A stretch of 62,599 nt of DNA, the filler included, from Kipferlia bialata (Eukaryota): assembly GCA_003568945.1 (NCBI GenBank). It is 5 parts of 5 records of this genome, joined end to end, with 100 filler letters (N's around TTAATTAATTAA, not from the genome) between each part and the next. Parts side by side here need not be neighbours in the genome. Positions count along the whole stretch, not along the records: positions 1 to 13,785 come from BDIP01000897.1; positions 13,886 to 27,667 come from BDIP01000898.1; 3 more parts are not named here. One strand, written 5' to 3'. The position numbers were made by a program, and so were the translations under genes. The notes under the pieces were generated by a model. That model ran no database searches and was not told the DNA's origin. It worked only from the letters and a program-made list of their open reading frames with translations. The first letter of the stretch is position 1; each line of letters starts with the position of its first letter. Shown piece by piece: positions 13,523 to 25,067 of this stretch.

Positions 13523-13660
13523 ACCTTGATGACGTTGTCAGGGGAGCACAGCACAGATCCCTGGGCGATCCTGTCCTCATCGATTCCGTTCAGCTTGATC
13601 CTCAGGTTGTCTCCGGCTAGGGCCTGGGTCCTCTCCTCGCCACTGTCCAGGGTCACGCCT
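12931..13660 (-). CDS. eRF3: Translation release factor eRF3 (Sup35/GSPT), domains II-III; 5' part missing at contig end (HBS1 less likely)
   Basis: Spliced AGDNLRIKLNGIDEDRIAQGSVLCSP..EAKNVISSG..LDKKTG..KPVCLEAF..FGRFILRAEDATVAIGTIKKV; ends in TAA. Confidence 0.75.
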
Positions 13661-13785
13661 AGAGGGGTCAGAGAGAGAAATATCAAGCAGGTGATGAGTA
13701 TATATAAGTGTGTATGTGTGTACACACGCGACCCTACCTGCGACTGTGCACCTGGATCCAGAGGGTGCGGCAATGAGTATATATA

Positions 13786-13885
13786 NNNNNNNNNNNNNNN
13801 NNNNNNNNNNNNNNNNNNNNNNNNNNNNNTTAATTAATTAANNNNNNNNNNNNNNNNNNNNNNNNNNNNNNNNNNNNNNNNNNNN
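13786..13885. other. Artificial contig linker N44-TTAATTAATTAA-N44
   Basis: Stop-in-all-frames 12-mer at 13830-13841 flanked by 44 N on each side. Confidence 0.97.
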
Positions 13886-13932
<47 letters not shown>

Positions 13933-14001
13933 GAGAGAGATCAAGTGCCCCTCCGTTATGTGAATAACTATCTGTTGTTGTTCGTGTATATCTCACCCCA
14001 G

Positions 14002-14297
14002 AGGCCACGTCCACCTCAACCTGACCCCTGCCTCTGTGTGTATGTGTGAGGGAGGGGCATGGAAGCTTGGGGGGTTCTGCTTCCAGAGCACAGTAGCCGC
14101 AAAGGTATGGGTGTATATGCATATGTACATATACATATGTCTAGTGGAGTGTATATTGTACTCATATATCCTCACCCCCAGAACGACTCAGCCCATCTTG
14201 AGCGTTTCGACGTCTTGGCCCCCCACCAGCAGGAGAGAGAGAGAGAGGCCCAGAAGGACGAGAGGGAGAGACAGGTACAGAGTGTTTTGTTGAACCT

Positions 14298-14339
<42 letters not shown>

Positions 14340-15983
14340 ACCCTTAATGTCAGGACAAGGAGGATGGTATCCACGAGAGGTCTGAGATGCTAGCTGCCAC
14401 ATGCCTACCCATAGCACCCCCGATGCGGTACCTGGCACCGGAGTGCATAGTGTCTCAGGTAGTGGGTGTTCAATAGTTATATAAATACTATATCCACCTC
14501 CCTCACTCTCCAGGCTGCCGGTATCTCCTCCGACATCTATGCCCTGACCCTCATGCTGCTCAACCTGTTCAGCGTGGAGGCCCCACTGCGGTACGGATAT
14601 CTAGTATCGAGGACCCTATATGTAGTACACCCTTGCGCTAGATCTTTACATTTCTTATTGGTCATAATGATGTGACTGGCTGACCCCAGCCCTCCCCGCC
14701 GCCCTGGCTGTGAGGAGTGTCCGTCTGACCCTCAGGACGTGATATCAGCTGCACAGAGGGGACTGGGTGAGTATCACTGTTATATACAACTATATAACAG
14801 AACACAGTTTATTATTGTGTACTCTTTGAGGAATAGAGTGACATGTGCGCTGATCTACAACTATCAACTGGGTTCCCGCTCTACCCCTCACCCCTAGGGA
14901 TAGGCGTCCCAGCGACAGGCACCCTGGACTCCCTGTCAGACTACAGGAGTGCCATCATACAGCTGCACACTAGGTGGGGACATCATTTATATGTCAATAT
15001 ATACATATATGTATTTCTTTGTATAATATATAGCATACATATTGGCAAGTACCCCCCTCACCCCCCAGGCTAGCGAGGGACACTGCCCCCCCAGCCCTGG
15101 AGGGCCTAGCTGAGGTGCTCTCTAGGATGCTGGGGAGAGATGCCGCAGAGAGGCCCCTAGCCTCCAGACTCCTACTGGACGAGACCCTCATCAACAACAC
15201 CACCAGGGTGGTGCGTGTGTGTGCCTCCCTCCCCCATGTAGAGCTGGAGGAGAGGAGGGGCAGGCTCAGAGAGGAACTGCCCAGACTGCTGGCAGAGACG
15301 GAGGTGCGGGTGGTAGAGTGTGTATAGATCAAATATATGTATATATGTATGTGTGTGTGTGTGTGTGTATACCCCCCATACCCACCCCAGGTCGATGCCA
15401 CAACCCTCAGGCTGAGTGTGCTGCCCAACATCAGGTGGGGGTATCTCTGCGTGATCCAAATGTATACTTACAATCATGCATATATACTCCATCTCCCTCT
15501 CCTCACCGCCCAGGGACTCCATCGCCGACCTCAGACTGAACGATGTCTCTCTCCCTGTCTACTGCACATGCCTGAGACAGCTGGTGGAGAGGACAGAGAG
15601 AGAGAGAGAGGAGAACCCAGAGCCAAAGGCAGAGGCAGAGTCTGATGAAGAGGGAGAGAGAGAGGGAGAGGGAGAGAAGGGGAAGCACGGGCTGTGGAGT
15701 GAGGGAGACTTCATAGGTATGGTATACTTCATTCTCTCTCTCTCTCTCTCTCCCCTCTCCCCCTCTCTCTGAATGTACAGGCGAGTGGGTCCAACCTGTT
15801 GTGGCCCTGGCCGAGGGTGCCAGACCACCCCTCTTGCAGAGTGTGCTGAAGCATGCACTGGACATACTCATCATGACAGGGCACGAGGTAGGGGGCGGTT
15901 ATGTATACACTATGTGCCCCTCATCTGCCCCTCACCCCTAGGACACCGCCCTAGCCTGTGCCCTACTTGGTGTTCTCTCTCTC

Positions 15984-16016
<33 letters not shown>

Positions 16017-16303
16017 ATATATATATACACCCCATATCACCTTAGGACACTGCCCTAGCCTGTGCCCTACTTGGTGTTCTCTCTCTCCCTCTCTCTCTCC
16101 CCCCCCCCCCTCTCTCTCTATATATATATACCCCATATCACCTAAGGACACAGCCCTGGCCTGTGCCCTGCTAGGTGTCAAGGGTGGCCTAGGGGGTGTG
16201 GCTGTGGAGACTGATGCCCTGAGGGCACTATCAATGCACGTGGGACAGTGGTCACTGGACAACCTCCACAAGTGCGTGTATCTCTCTCTCTCTCTCTTTC
16301 TCT

Positions 16304-16340
<37 letters not shown>

Positions 16341-16705
16341 TCTTACTCTCTAGGTCCATCCTCCCCGCTGTCCTTGAGTACTCTCTGTCCGATGTGTCCA
16401 GACTGAGGAATGGCCTGGTGTGCCTGTCCAAGATCAGCAGGGTGGCAGAGGACAGGGTGGTATGTGGTAAATGTATAAGTGATATACACTCATAGACTAC
16501 TATGTTCTATATAGTGTATATATAGTATCCTGTGAATGATACCTATATACTCTTCCTTCTCTATTATGTATGTCTGTCCAAGATCAGCAGTGTGGCAGAG
16601 GACAGGGTGGTACGACATCGTATACATGCAAACACATATGATTCTTACAACACATACTCTCTCTCTCCCCCCCCCCACCCACCCATATTCATAAGACCCT
16701 TCCAA

Positions 16706-16742
<37 letters not shown>

Positions 16743-17547
16743 ATCCTAGGTTGCCAGCCACGTGACCCCTGCCATCGGTAGGATAGCTGCCCTAGCAGTT
16801 AAGACTAGACCCACTGCTCTGGCATGCCTCTCACTCATGAGGTCACTCTGCAAGGTGGGGTTATACAGGCACTGTATACTCTGACTCTTATCTAACTTCC
16901 CTTGCCCTCCACTCACCCCAGGGTGAGGATGTCCGTACCACCGCTCTCTTTGTCCTGCCCCCTCTCCTGACCCACTTTGTATACGCAGAGGACGTGCTGC
17001 AGCCTAGGTATATATATATATATGTGTGTATGTCCATCTGAGTGTCTGTATGTATGCATCCACCATTAACCCCAGGGAGCTTGAGGCTGTGCTTGAGACA
17101 GTGGCAGACGCCATGGAGGCACTGGTCGACACAAGGTGGGGAGGTGTCTGCTCTAACTCTATATGGATTGAGCGAATGTCTATCCTGACCCCAGGCGCAC
17201 TGAGCTAGATGACCAGATCCATGCCCTGGTCAACAAGCCACAGGGCCAGGTGGGGTAACGTACATACATACACAATTACAGTCACATTAGTGAGTGAGAA
17301 ATTTTGGTAGTATGTACCCTCTCACCCCCAGGACTCCCCCGCCTCTGTGACCCCTGCCATACAGACACCGGACGGACCCGCTCTGCACCAGGTAGTGCAT
17401 ATATATATATATATATATATGAGTATGCATACATATGATATACCTCTCACCCGCAGATCCACCGCCCCCCTACGTCTGTGCGCAAGGCCCCTGTCTCTAG
17501 CACCCTACAGCCCACACCAGCCAGACAGGTACAGGGGGGAGATACAC

Positions 17548-17580
<33 letters not shown>

Positions 17581-18350
17581 CCCAGTCTGACCGTGTTGCC
17601 GAGCTCCCTCCCCCCGGGTCTGTCTCCAACCCCATGGCAGATCTAGACGCCATACTAAGCATGGGCACTACCAGTGCACCCACTACCCAGTCTAGACCCT
17701 CTGCACCCTCTAGGCCTGTCTCTGATGTGTCTGTCAGAGAGGCCAGGGCCCCCACCCCCAGTGTGGTGCCTGATACAGTGGAGGCACCCCCAGCTACTAA
17801 GACCAAGGGACACGCCATATCAATGAGCACAGCATTTGGAGACGTGACAATGACAGGCGACCAGGTGTGTGTGTATATATATAGAGAGAGATGTATATTC
17901 ATACATACATATAGGGGGAAGTATGCACTTATATTACTCTGTGTGTTATTGAAGGATAGTACTGCAAGTATACCCCCACCCCCAGGCCAAGCAGGCTGCC
18001 AGGGCCGCCCTGAGTGCTGGGAGGGCTGGGGTGGCTATGGGGGTGAGTGCCGCAAACACACACACCCACAGCCATGCACCGGCCCAGAGTGACACCAACC
18101 AGCTGAACGATGAGTTTGGGGACTTTATGAGTGCGCCCTCCCCCACGCAGCAGGTATGAAAGGGTATATGTATATATATAGAGAGAGAGAGAGTGTGTGA
18201 GGCATTCCTCTCCCACGCAGGATATGTATATATATAGACACATATACCATGACCTGTCCTGGTTGTATCTCTGTATCACTCTATATGTCAATGTCTAACC
18301 CCCAGCAGCCCACCACCCAGGATGCATTCGCCAGGATATTCGACATGTGA
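14002..18350 (+). CDS. SCYL2: SCY1-like pseudokinase with HEAT repeats (SCYL2/CVAK104 type), 5'-truncated
   Basis: HVHLNLTPASVCMCEGGAWKLGGFCF, SDIYAL, KSILPAV..RNGLVCLSKI match SCY1/SCYL2; disordered tail with DEFGDF; ends DAFARIFDM-TGA at 18350. Confidence 0.8.
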
Positions 18351-18556
18351 GAGGCATGCGTATATACATGAAGGAGAGGAGCACTGGGGATGAGTGGGCA
18401 GTATCATTGGCTGTGACACTCCCTTGAGATATGCCTGAGGTGGAGAAGGAATAGACAGGGAAATACACGGAGGGGATACTAGGCCTAGTAAATGGAAGTG
18501 ACAGGAGAGTTACACATCTCCAGACTAACTCTCCACTTGGATTGATAGTTCTATTG

Positions 18557-18621
18557 TCAATCTCGCTCATGCGGGTGCCTCCGTATAGGATTGGGCATCA
18601 CGCAGTCAATGCGAGAATCGA
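18557..18621 (-). promoter_or_regulatory. Putative type II SECIS element in the 3' UTR of the SelW-like gene
   Basis: RNA UCGAUUCUCGC-AU-UGAC-UGCGUGAUGCC-C-AA-UCC-UAUAC-GGA-GGCACCCGCA-UGAG-CGAGAUUGA folds by hand into helix I, UGAN/NGAN core, about 11-nt helix II, unpaired AA and a UCC/GGA mini-stem. Confidence 0.75.
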
Positions 18622-18709
18622 GCACTCTTCTGGGTATAGAGGTGGTGCAACCCCATACAGTCCATTCATTCACACCACTAGGCAGCATATGCTATGCTAT
18701 ATGCTATGC

Positions 18710-19156
18710 TTACAGGGCACGGATGAGGTCAATGTACACCTGGGGGGAGGGGCAGGAGCCAAGCTTGGGCTTGCCGTAGAGGAGGGTCCTCTCGCCATCC
18801 TCGGCCGTCTGGTACACGTTGAATGTCTTGAACTGGGGGTGAGAGGCACGTCTATATATGTATATATATGCACACAGGTGGTCAGAGGCAGGGTATGAGA
18901 AGAAAGACCCAATGAAAATAGAGATGCGACAGCTATGCCTTAAAATGAACAAGCAGCTACCTTGATGTGGGAAGGGTTTCCGACCACCTCGATTCCTGGG
19001 AACTCTCTGAGGGTGAGGGGACATGGTCAGAAGGGGTCAAAAGAGATATCATAAAGAATCTTGGTAGACAGTGCCCCACCTCTCCAGAGCCTGCTTAGCC
19101 TCGTGGAACCGAGGTGTGTAACGTCATGTGATGCAGTAGTCTATCTCAATCTTCAT
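18710..19156 (-). CDS. SELENOW: SelW/Rdx-family selenoprotein, 81 aa, CxxU motif (in-frame TGA at 19126-19124)
   Basis: Exons 19156-19080, 19006-18961 and 18832-18710 (all GT-AG) give MKIEIDYCITURYTPRFHEAKQALEREFPGIEVVGNPSHIKFKTFNVYQTAEDGERTLLYGKPKLGSCPSPQVYIDLIRAL; matches the SelW pattern I.YC..U.Y..(R/K)..L..EFP. Confidence 0.88.
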
Positions 19157-19570
19157 TTCTAGGGACTCAGGGATAGACTGAGTTGAAGAGAGCAGGTTCA
19201 TTCAAATCCACTTTAAAGAGACCAGATCTCTCAGAATTGATTGTCCGTTAGAACATCAAACGGATAATCGATTCACAAGTGGGCATCCAATTCTTGTGCA
19301 CGACAGTACTGATATGTCCAAACCTAACCGGTGTATGCTGTATTTGATCGAAGTCAACATCCGTGTAGCCAATTCAAACAAGGTCCATAATGGACCGTCC
19401 ATTGTTTTAAGCGTGACAAGAGCTTGACAAGCTTTCACTATTGGTGAAAATTTGAATTCTCAAAGTCGACGCGACTATGAAGAGCCACGTGGAACCCGCC
19501 CACGTCTTATTCACCAGTCATAGTGTCTCTTGGTGAGTAGTAGAGCTTGTCACGACGCATATATTTGCAG

Positions 19571-19827
19571 TTTGGGGATGGGTCAGCTGGAATCTTGCTT
19601 TTGTGGAGGGCTGGAGCTTAGTGGCGTGCTGCTGCTGCTGCTGCAAGAAGAAGAAGCGGCCAGTGTCGCAGTCCCAGGTGAACCTCAAGGGCGGTGCTGT
19701 GCCACCTGAGGGTCTCAACCCAATGGCCACGGCAGCACCTGGGATGGTGACCCCTGTGGTGGGTCCTGTAGGGGCTATGCAGTATGCACAGGTGCCCCTG
19801 CAGTACCCATCTGGGCCTGCTCCATAA
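19571..19827 (+). CDS. Short exon encoding a hydrophobic segment + CCCCCKKKKR + Pro-rich tail; start not found (small membrane protein or gene remnant)
   Basis: WGWVSWNLAFVEGWSLVACCCCCKKKKRPV...; preceded by a putative intron at about 19533-19570. Confidence 0.35.
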
Positions 19828-20163
19828 TGGGGAACACAACTCGCAATGGAGTGAAGGACATTTAGAGTGGCTATTTAGTGTTGTGTACGAGATCAAAGTA
19901 AATGAATCATTTGCGTGACAGTGAATACTGGTTCATAGTGGATAACTACCTAATCTCAGAGTGTGACATAGTGTGTTTCAGACGGAGATACTGGGCACAG
20001 TACCAGTAGTACTGGTATGTACTGGTCCAGTACATACATAAATATCAGACCCAATCTGATACCAACAATCCATCCGCAAGTACACTACATATCTAATTGT
20101 GATTCTAAAGTTGTGGGATATTGAAACATCGCTATGACAGCAAGCATAAAACTCTCTCTCCCC

Positions 20164-22562
20164 CTAGCCCTTTGCATCTCCTGTCCCTGAGTCCACAGGG
20201 TCTAGGGGATTGACCTGACCTAGTGGTAGAGGTATGGGCTCAGTGATACATGGGGGCAGGGCCTTGGACCTTAGGAATGAAGGGATGTCTGGGTAGGTGG
20301 TGTGGTCGAAGGAGCCCTGGCGGTGAGATAGGGTATTCACTGAGAGAGACGACTGCCGAACTACCTGACTGAGGAACCTCTCCACCATCCCCCCCACCAT
20401 ACCACTCAGACACATGACGGGGTGGGGGGCAGGGAGCACAACACTGTCTCCCATCCCATGGACAGCGGTGCGGCCCACACCCACCTTGCCGTCATTGGGA
20501 CCTGGGGTCAGATGGGGTATACATGTATGTACAGCTCTTGATAAACATCAATAGTACATTGTGACACATATATGAGGAGATACCCACCTGGTATCAAGAG
20601 GGACAGGAGCCAGTTAATTGTCCAGTTTCCAGCTATGACACCGCAGTCAAAGGACACAGGGGGGAGGGAGTTGGGGACGGAGTCAGAGCCAGTGCCTGTG
20701 GGGTGAGAGGCAGAATTACTCAGAAGACTGGAAGGCCTTGCTTCTATACTCTCTTGGACTTGACCCACCTAGGCTACCCCCTGCTTCCCCGTTCATCCAC
20801 TGGAACAGCCACCAACTGCCCAGTGCATCAACCACCTCACTGCCTATGGGTGAGGGTATAGGTAGGGTAGTAGACGTTATAGCATGTATTTCAATATGAA
20901 TACAGGCTAGATGTACCTTGGTTAGGTGGCCCCAGCATGCAGACTCTCCCAATGGGTGGCATGGGTGTGGCATCACTAGTGGCAGAGGGTACACTGACTG
21001 ATACACAGGAGGGATCAGCTGTAGATGAACAGGTTGCCGAGTCGTTCTCTCTCTCCTCCTCCACCCCTGCACTACACACCGAGTCACTCACTACTGTATC
21101 ACTCAGTATGTCGGTGATGGTGGCAGAGTGGGGAGAGACATTGTGTATCTCTGCCTCTATTAATACCCCCCTCTCTCCCTCAGCCGGTCTGTCCTCCCGT
21201 ACATCGTACGGGTGGAGGTGCGCTAGGTAGTAGCGGGTCTGGGGTGAGGAAGAGGAACAGTATTTATATCACAAGAATTGTACCTGCACGTCAATGATAT
21301 ATACACCTCTACGCACCAGTATGCCCCCCATGCTGTGTGTCACAAAGTGGATCTTGGTGGCACCTGAGTGTGAGGGATAAGAGAGAGAGATGAAGGAAAG
21401 GAATGACACCGGGAACATATAGATCTATAGACTATACACGGCTACGGTTATGTAATGTAGAAGGCATGTATAATTGTGTCCACAGTCAAAGTGCAGTCAT
21501 AGAGTATCCAGTCTGTACCTGCCTCTCTGCACATCTGGACAGCACACATCAATCACACATACAAAGTATAGCATGTACTAGAGAATGCCTGTATCGTTGT
21601 GGCCATTAGATCTGGTGTGTATGTTCAGTACCTGCCTCTCTGCACATCTGGACAGCAGGGGCTAGGTACTCGGCAGTTAGAGTGCTGGGTGTAAGTACTT
21701 TCACTTATGTATAGGCCTAGTAATATTGTAATGAAACTTTGAGTAGTATATGATGCATCTATCCCCCCACCTTATGTCCTTCTGGGTGGACGGGTAGTCC
21801 ACCAGCACTGTGCTGTAGCCCTTGTCCCTCAGTCTCCTGGCCAGTCTGGTCATGGATCGACTGGACCTGATGAGACCATGGACCAGAATGACATACTCAT
21901 CGCCAACTGGGAGGATGAGAGAGAGAGAGAGAGAGAGAGATGACATACTCATCGCCAACTGGGTAAGAGAGATGGGGGGGGGGGAGAGAGAGAGAGAGAG
22001 AGGGAGAGAGAGACGATAGGACTCATCACCAACTGGGTCAGAGAGGGGAGATGGGGAGAGAGGGAGAGAGAGAGGGAGATGGGGGGTGGAGACGATAGGA
22101 CTCAGCACCAACTGTGTCAGGGGAGAGAGAGAGAGAGAGATCTTAAGGAGATGAGTGTCAGAACAGTAGGAAAGAAACTGCGTGGAGTGGGAGGTGGGAG
22201 AGAGAGAGAGAGAGAGGTAAGCCACTGGGAGTATAGTATAGTACAGAACGAGAGAATACTATTGAGGGGAATACCTTGCTGTATATGAGCCCCCTCCCTG
22301 CCCCTCCTCCCCTTAAGCTGGGCACCAAGAGTGACCCCTGCCACGGCTAGGGCACTTCGCACAGACAGAACAGGCATCTTGCCTGGGTTGGAGGGTATAA
22401 CACTACAACACAAACACATATGTCTATGATACATAGAGAGAGTCAAAGTGATGCTTGGAGAGAGGAACTATGCTTACATGCATTACCTCTTCCCACCACA
22501 AGCAGAGCGGTGAGTAGCAGGGTGCCCCCCAGCACTACCAGCCATTGCTCAGCATACACCAT
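20164..22562 (-). CDS. Alpha/beta-fold hydrolase (lipase/esterase, bacterial type) with N-terminal signal/anchor
   Basis: VILVHGLIRSSRSM..GYSTVLVDYPS..IHFVTHSMGGILVR..MLGPPNQGSEVVD..GVIAG..LIPGPNDGKVGV..PHP; first exon MVYAEQWLVVLGGTLLLTALLVVGR splices in frame. Confidence 0.85.
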
Positions 22563-22902
22563 CTTTTGCCGCAGTGTGTATGAGACACCAATCGGTGGCA
22601 AGCAAACGGACGAGGCTATCTATCTTGAAGGAGAATAGGTCCAGATCCAGCAGCCAGCCTATACTCGAAAGATAAGAGGCAATAGGAGGTGTGCTATCGA
22701 GCAGGGGCTAGGGCGAGACAGACAGCCACAAGAAGAGGTCGTCAAACTGACCAATGGCGTCTCAAACGTTCTTCAACTGCACCCTTTTGTGGTTTTTGGG
22801 GACTTTCGATAGAGCGATTCGTGCATGAACGACTCTGCTCATTATTGTTACATATTATATTAATGACTCGTGAAAGGTTCAGAGGATACGAGAGCACGGC
22901 CC

Positions 22903-24129
22903 TCACTCCCCAAACCCTAGGAACAGGACTATCTCGAGGATCAGACAGGGGAAGATCTGCAGGAGAAGGTAGACGGTCTGAGGGTTAGGGAGACAACAAT
23001 AGCGATATAGCCATATGTATTACTCATTATACAAGAGTAGAATCCAATATACGTCTTGTGCTATATACTAAATAGTATAGTGTGCCGCACCTGCAGCAGA
23101 GGCGGGTCTGTCCACTCTGGGTCCTCCTCACCATCATCGGCAGTGCACAGGTACCTAGGGGGTAAGGGTGCACTATACATAGACAAGGGGGCGAACAATA
23201 CACCGATAAATGCAATCCAGATAACTCTATGCATATGTGTACCTATCGTTGTTGACGAAGAATATGCCCTCGAACAGCAGGTACAGCACATAGACCAGGA
23301 AGAGCAGCCCAGCCACAACCATGAGACTGAATATCCAATTGCCAGACCGGCGCTTGCTCTTGCCCCTCTTGGTGTGTGCAGGGGCCAACCTGCGGGGCTA
23401 GGGGTGAGGGGTGTATATAATAGAGAGAGAGAGAAGGCCCTAGTATCACTTGATACCTGGATACTAACTGAGTGTATGTACCTTGATGATGCGGGCCATC
23501 TGTCTGGCCAGGACCAGATACCAGACCCCAAACACTAGGAAGAAGCAGGCAAAGACTATGTTGGTGATGCCTGACTGTGGTTAGACATAGTGGTAATAGA
23601 CAATATACCCATAATGCAGCAATTCTATACGGGTAGTAACCGTACCAGCTGTATGCATGATATCGTGCTGCTCTCCCCGGCCTCGACCAGTATGTACAGC
23701 ACGACATCCACACACACATAGCCATACAGAAGCACATTGGCACATACGACGGTGCGCACTATGCATGTCTGGAGGGGACCGAGCTGCCACAGACCAAAGT
23801 GTCTGGGGGTGAGGGTGAGAGAAGGGGGTGGGGGGGGGGGGGAACTATACACAACACTTTGCACATAATCCTACACACCTGTTGGCTATTCTCTCCCAGT
23901 TTGTAGTGATGAGTGACATGACACTGATCAACAGAGCGGTGGGCAGGACCTGGGGTCACAAGGGGTAGTATCAATTAGTATACTATACGGTCACTGAGTA
24001 ATGATAAATACTCTACGTAATATACGTACGAAGAGTGCGTTCCGGACCGCCGGGTTGATCTTGCTAAAGACTGACACCCCAGTGGATGTGGAGATAACAT
24101 GGCCCAGACTCACAAAGAAGTTGCTGCCT

Positions 24130-24169
<40 letters not shown>

Positions 24170-24627
24170 GTGCTGACCTGTGAGCACCACCAGCAGGACA
24201 CTACTGATCATCTCTGTCACAGCGTATCTCTCTGCCTGCACCGAGGTTGTCACTGAGAGGCCGTACTCCCTCTCCCCCTCCCCCTGCCCCCCCTCGCACT
24301 GGTCGTCCCCTGAGTCCCCATCCACAGCCCTGGCCATAGCGTCACTGTCCCTGATGGAGGATAGACCCGTGTGGTGTCTGACTGGGTGGCCTAGGGGTGT
24401 GACGCTGGGGGTGTGCTGGTACTCTTGGTGGGCAGAGGCCGAGGCAGAGGCCGAGGCAGAGGGGGGGAGGGAGGAGCGGGGGGTGTTCTTGTGCATCCTC
24501 TTGAGTGCCCTCGAGGACCTGATATATCAGTATGGAATCGATGATAATATATATATCATACTCTATATATGAGAATACTATTAATATATGATCCTGACCT
24601 GACTGCCCTTGATATGCAGACATACCT

Positions 24628-24671
<44 letters not shown>

Positions 24672-25031
24672 CAGTGTCAGTATCGATAGTGTATTATACT
24701 GATACTACTTACTGACCTGACTGCCCTTGCTATGCACACACACCCGAAGAAGAAGAGGGCGCCAAACAGACACGTGGCTATGCCATTGACAACCTGAAGT
24801 GAGAGGGAGTGGGAGAGAGAGAGACAAAGGGTACAATTGGACCCAGAGAAGAGAGAGAGAGCATACTAATTACAAACACACTGACCTCATACTTGAGTGT
24901 GCCGTCTGCACACATGGTGTCTATCACCTTCATCATTCTGATGTGCCACTCGGCATCGGAGTCGCCTGGGGTGAGGGGCAGAGCATGTGGATAGAGGTGG
25001 AAGCAATAGTAATGTGTAACAGATAGATGCA

Positions 25032-25067
<36 letters not shown>

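Noticed and set aside
13830..13841. Palindromic TTAATTAATTAA as a piggyBac target site or regulatory element
   Set aside because: Always embedded in exactly 44 N on each side; a synthetic six-frame-stop linker
18625..18672. Alternative SECIS candidate starting AUGAAUGG..GUAUGGGG/CUCUAUAC
   Set aside because: Stem exists but has no apical AA and a poor core geometry; the downstream hairpin fits better
18710..19024. ORF-track protein MSPHPQRVPRNRGG.. as the real product
   Set aside because: Reads through an intron and uses the wrong frame for exon 2; the spliced SelW-like model explains the locus
12931..19156. Functional clustering of eRF3 with a UGA-recoding selenoprotein
   Set aside because: They lie on different contigs separated by an artificial linker
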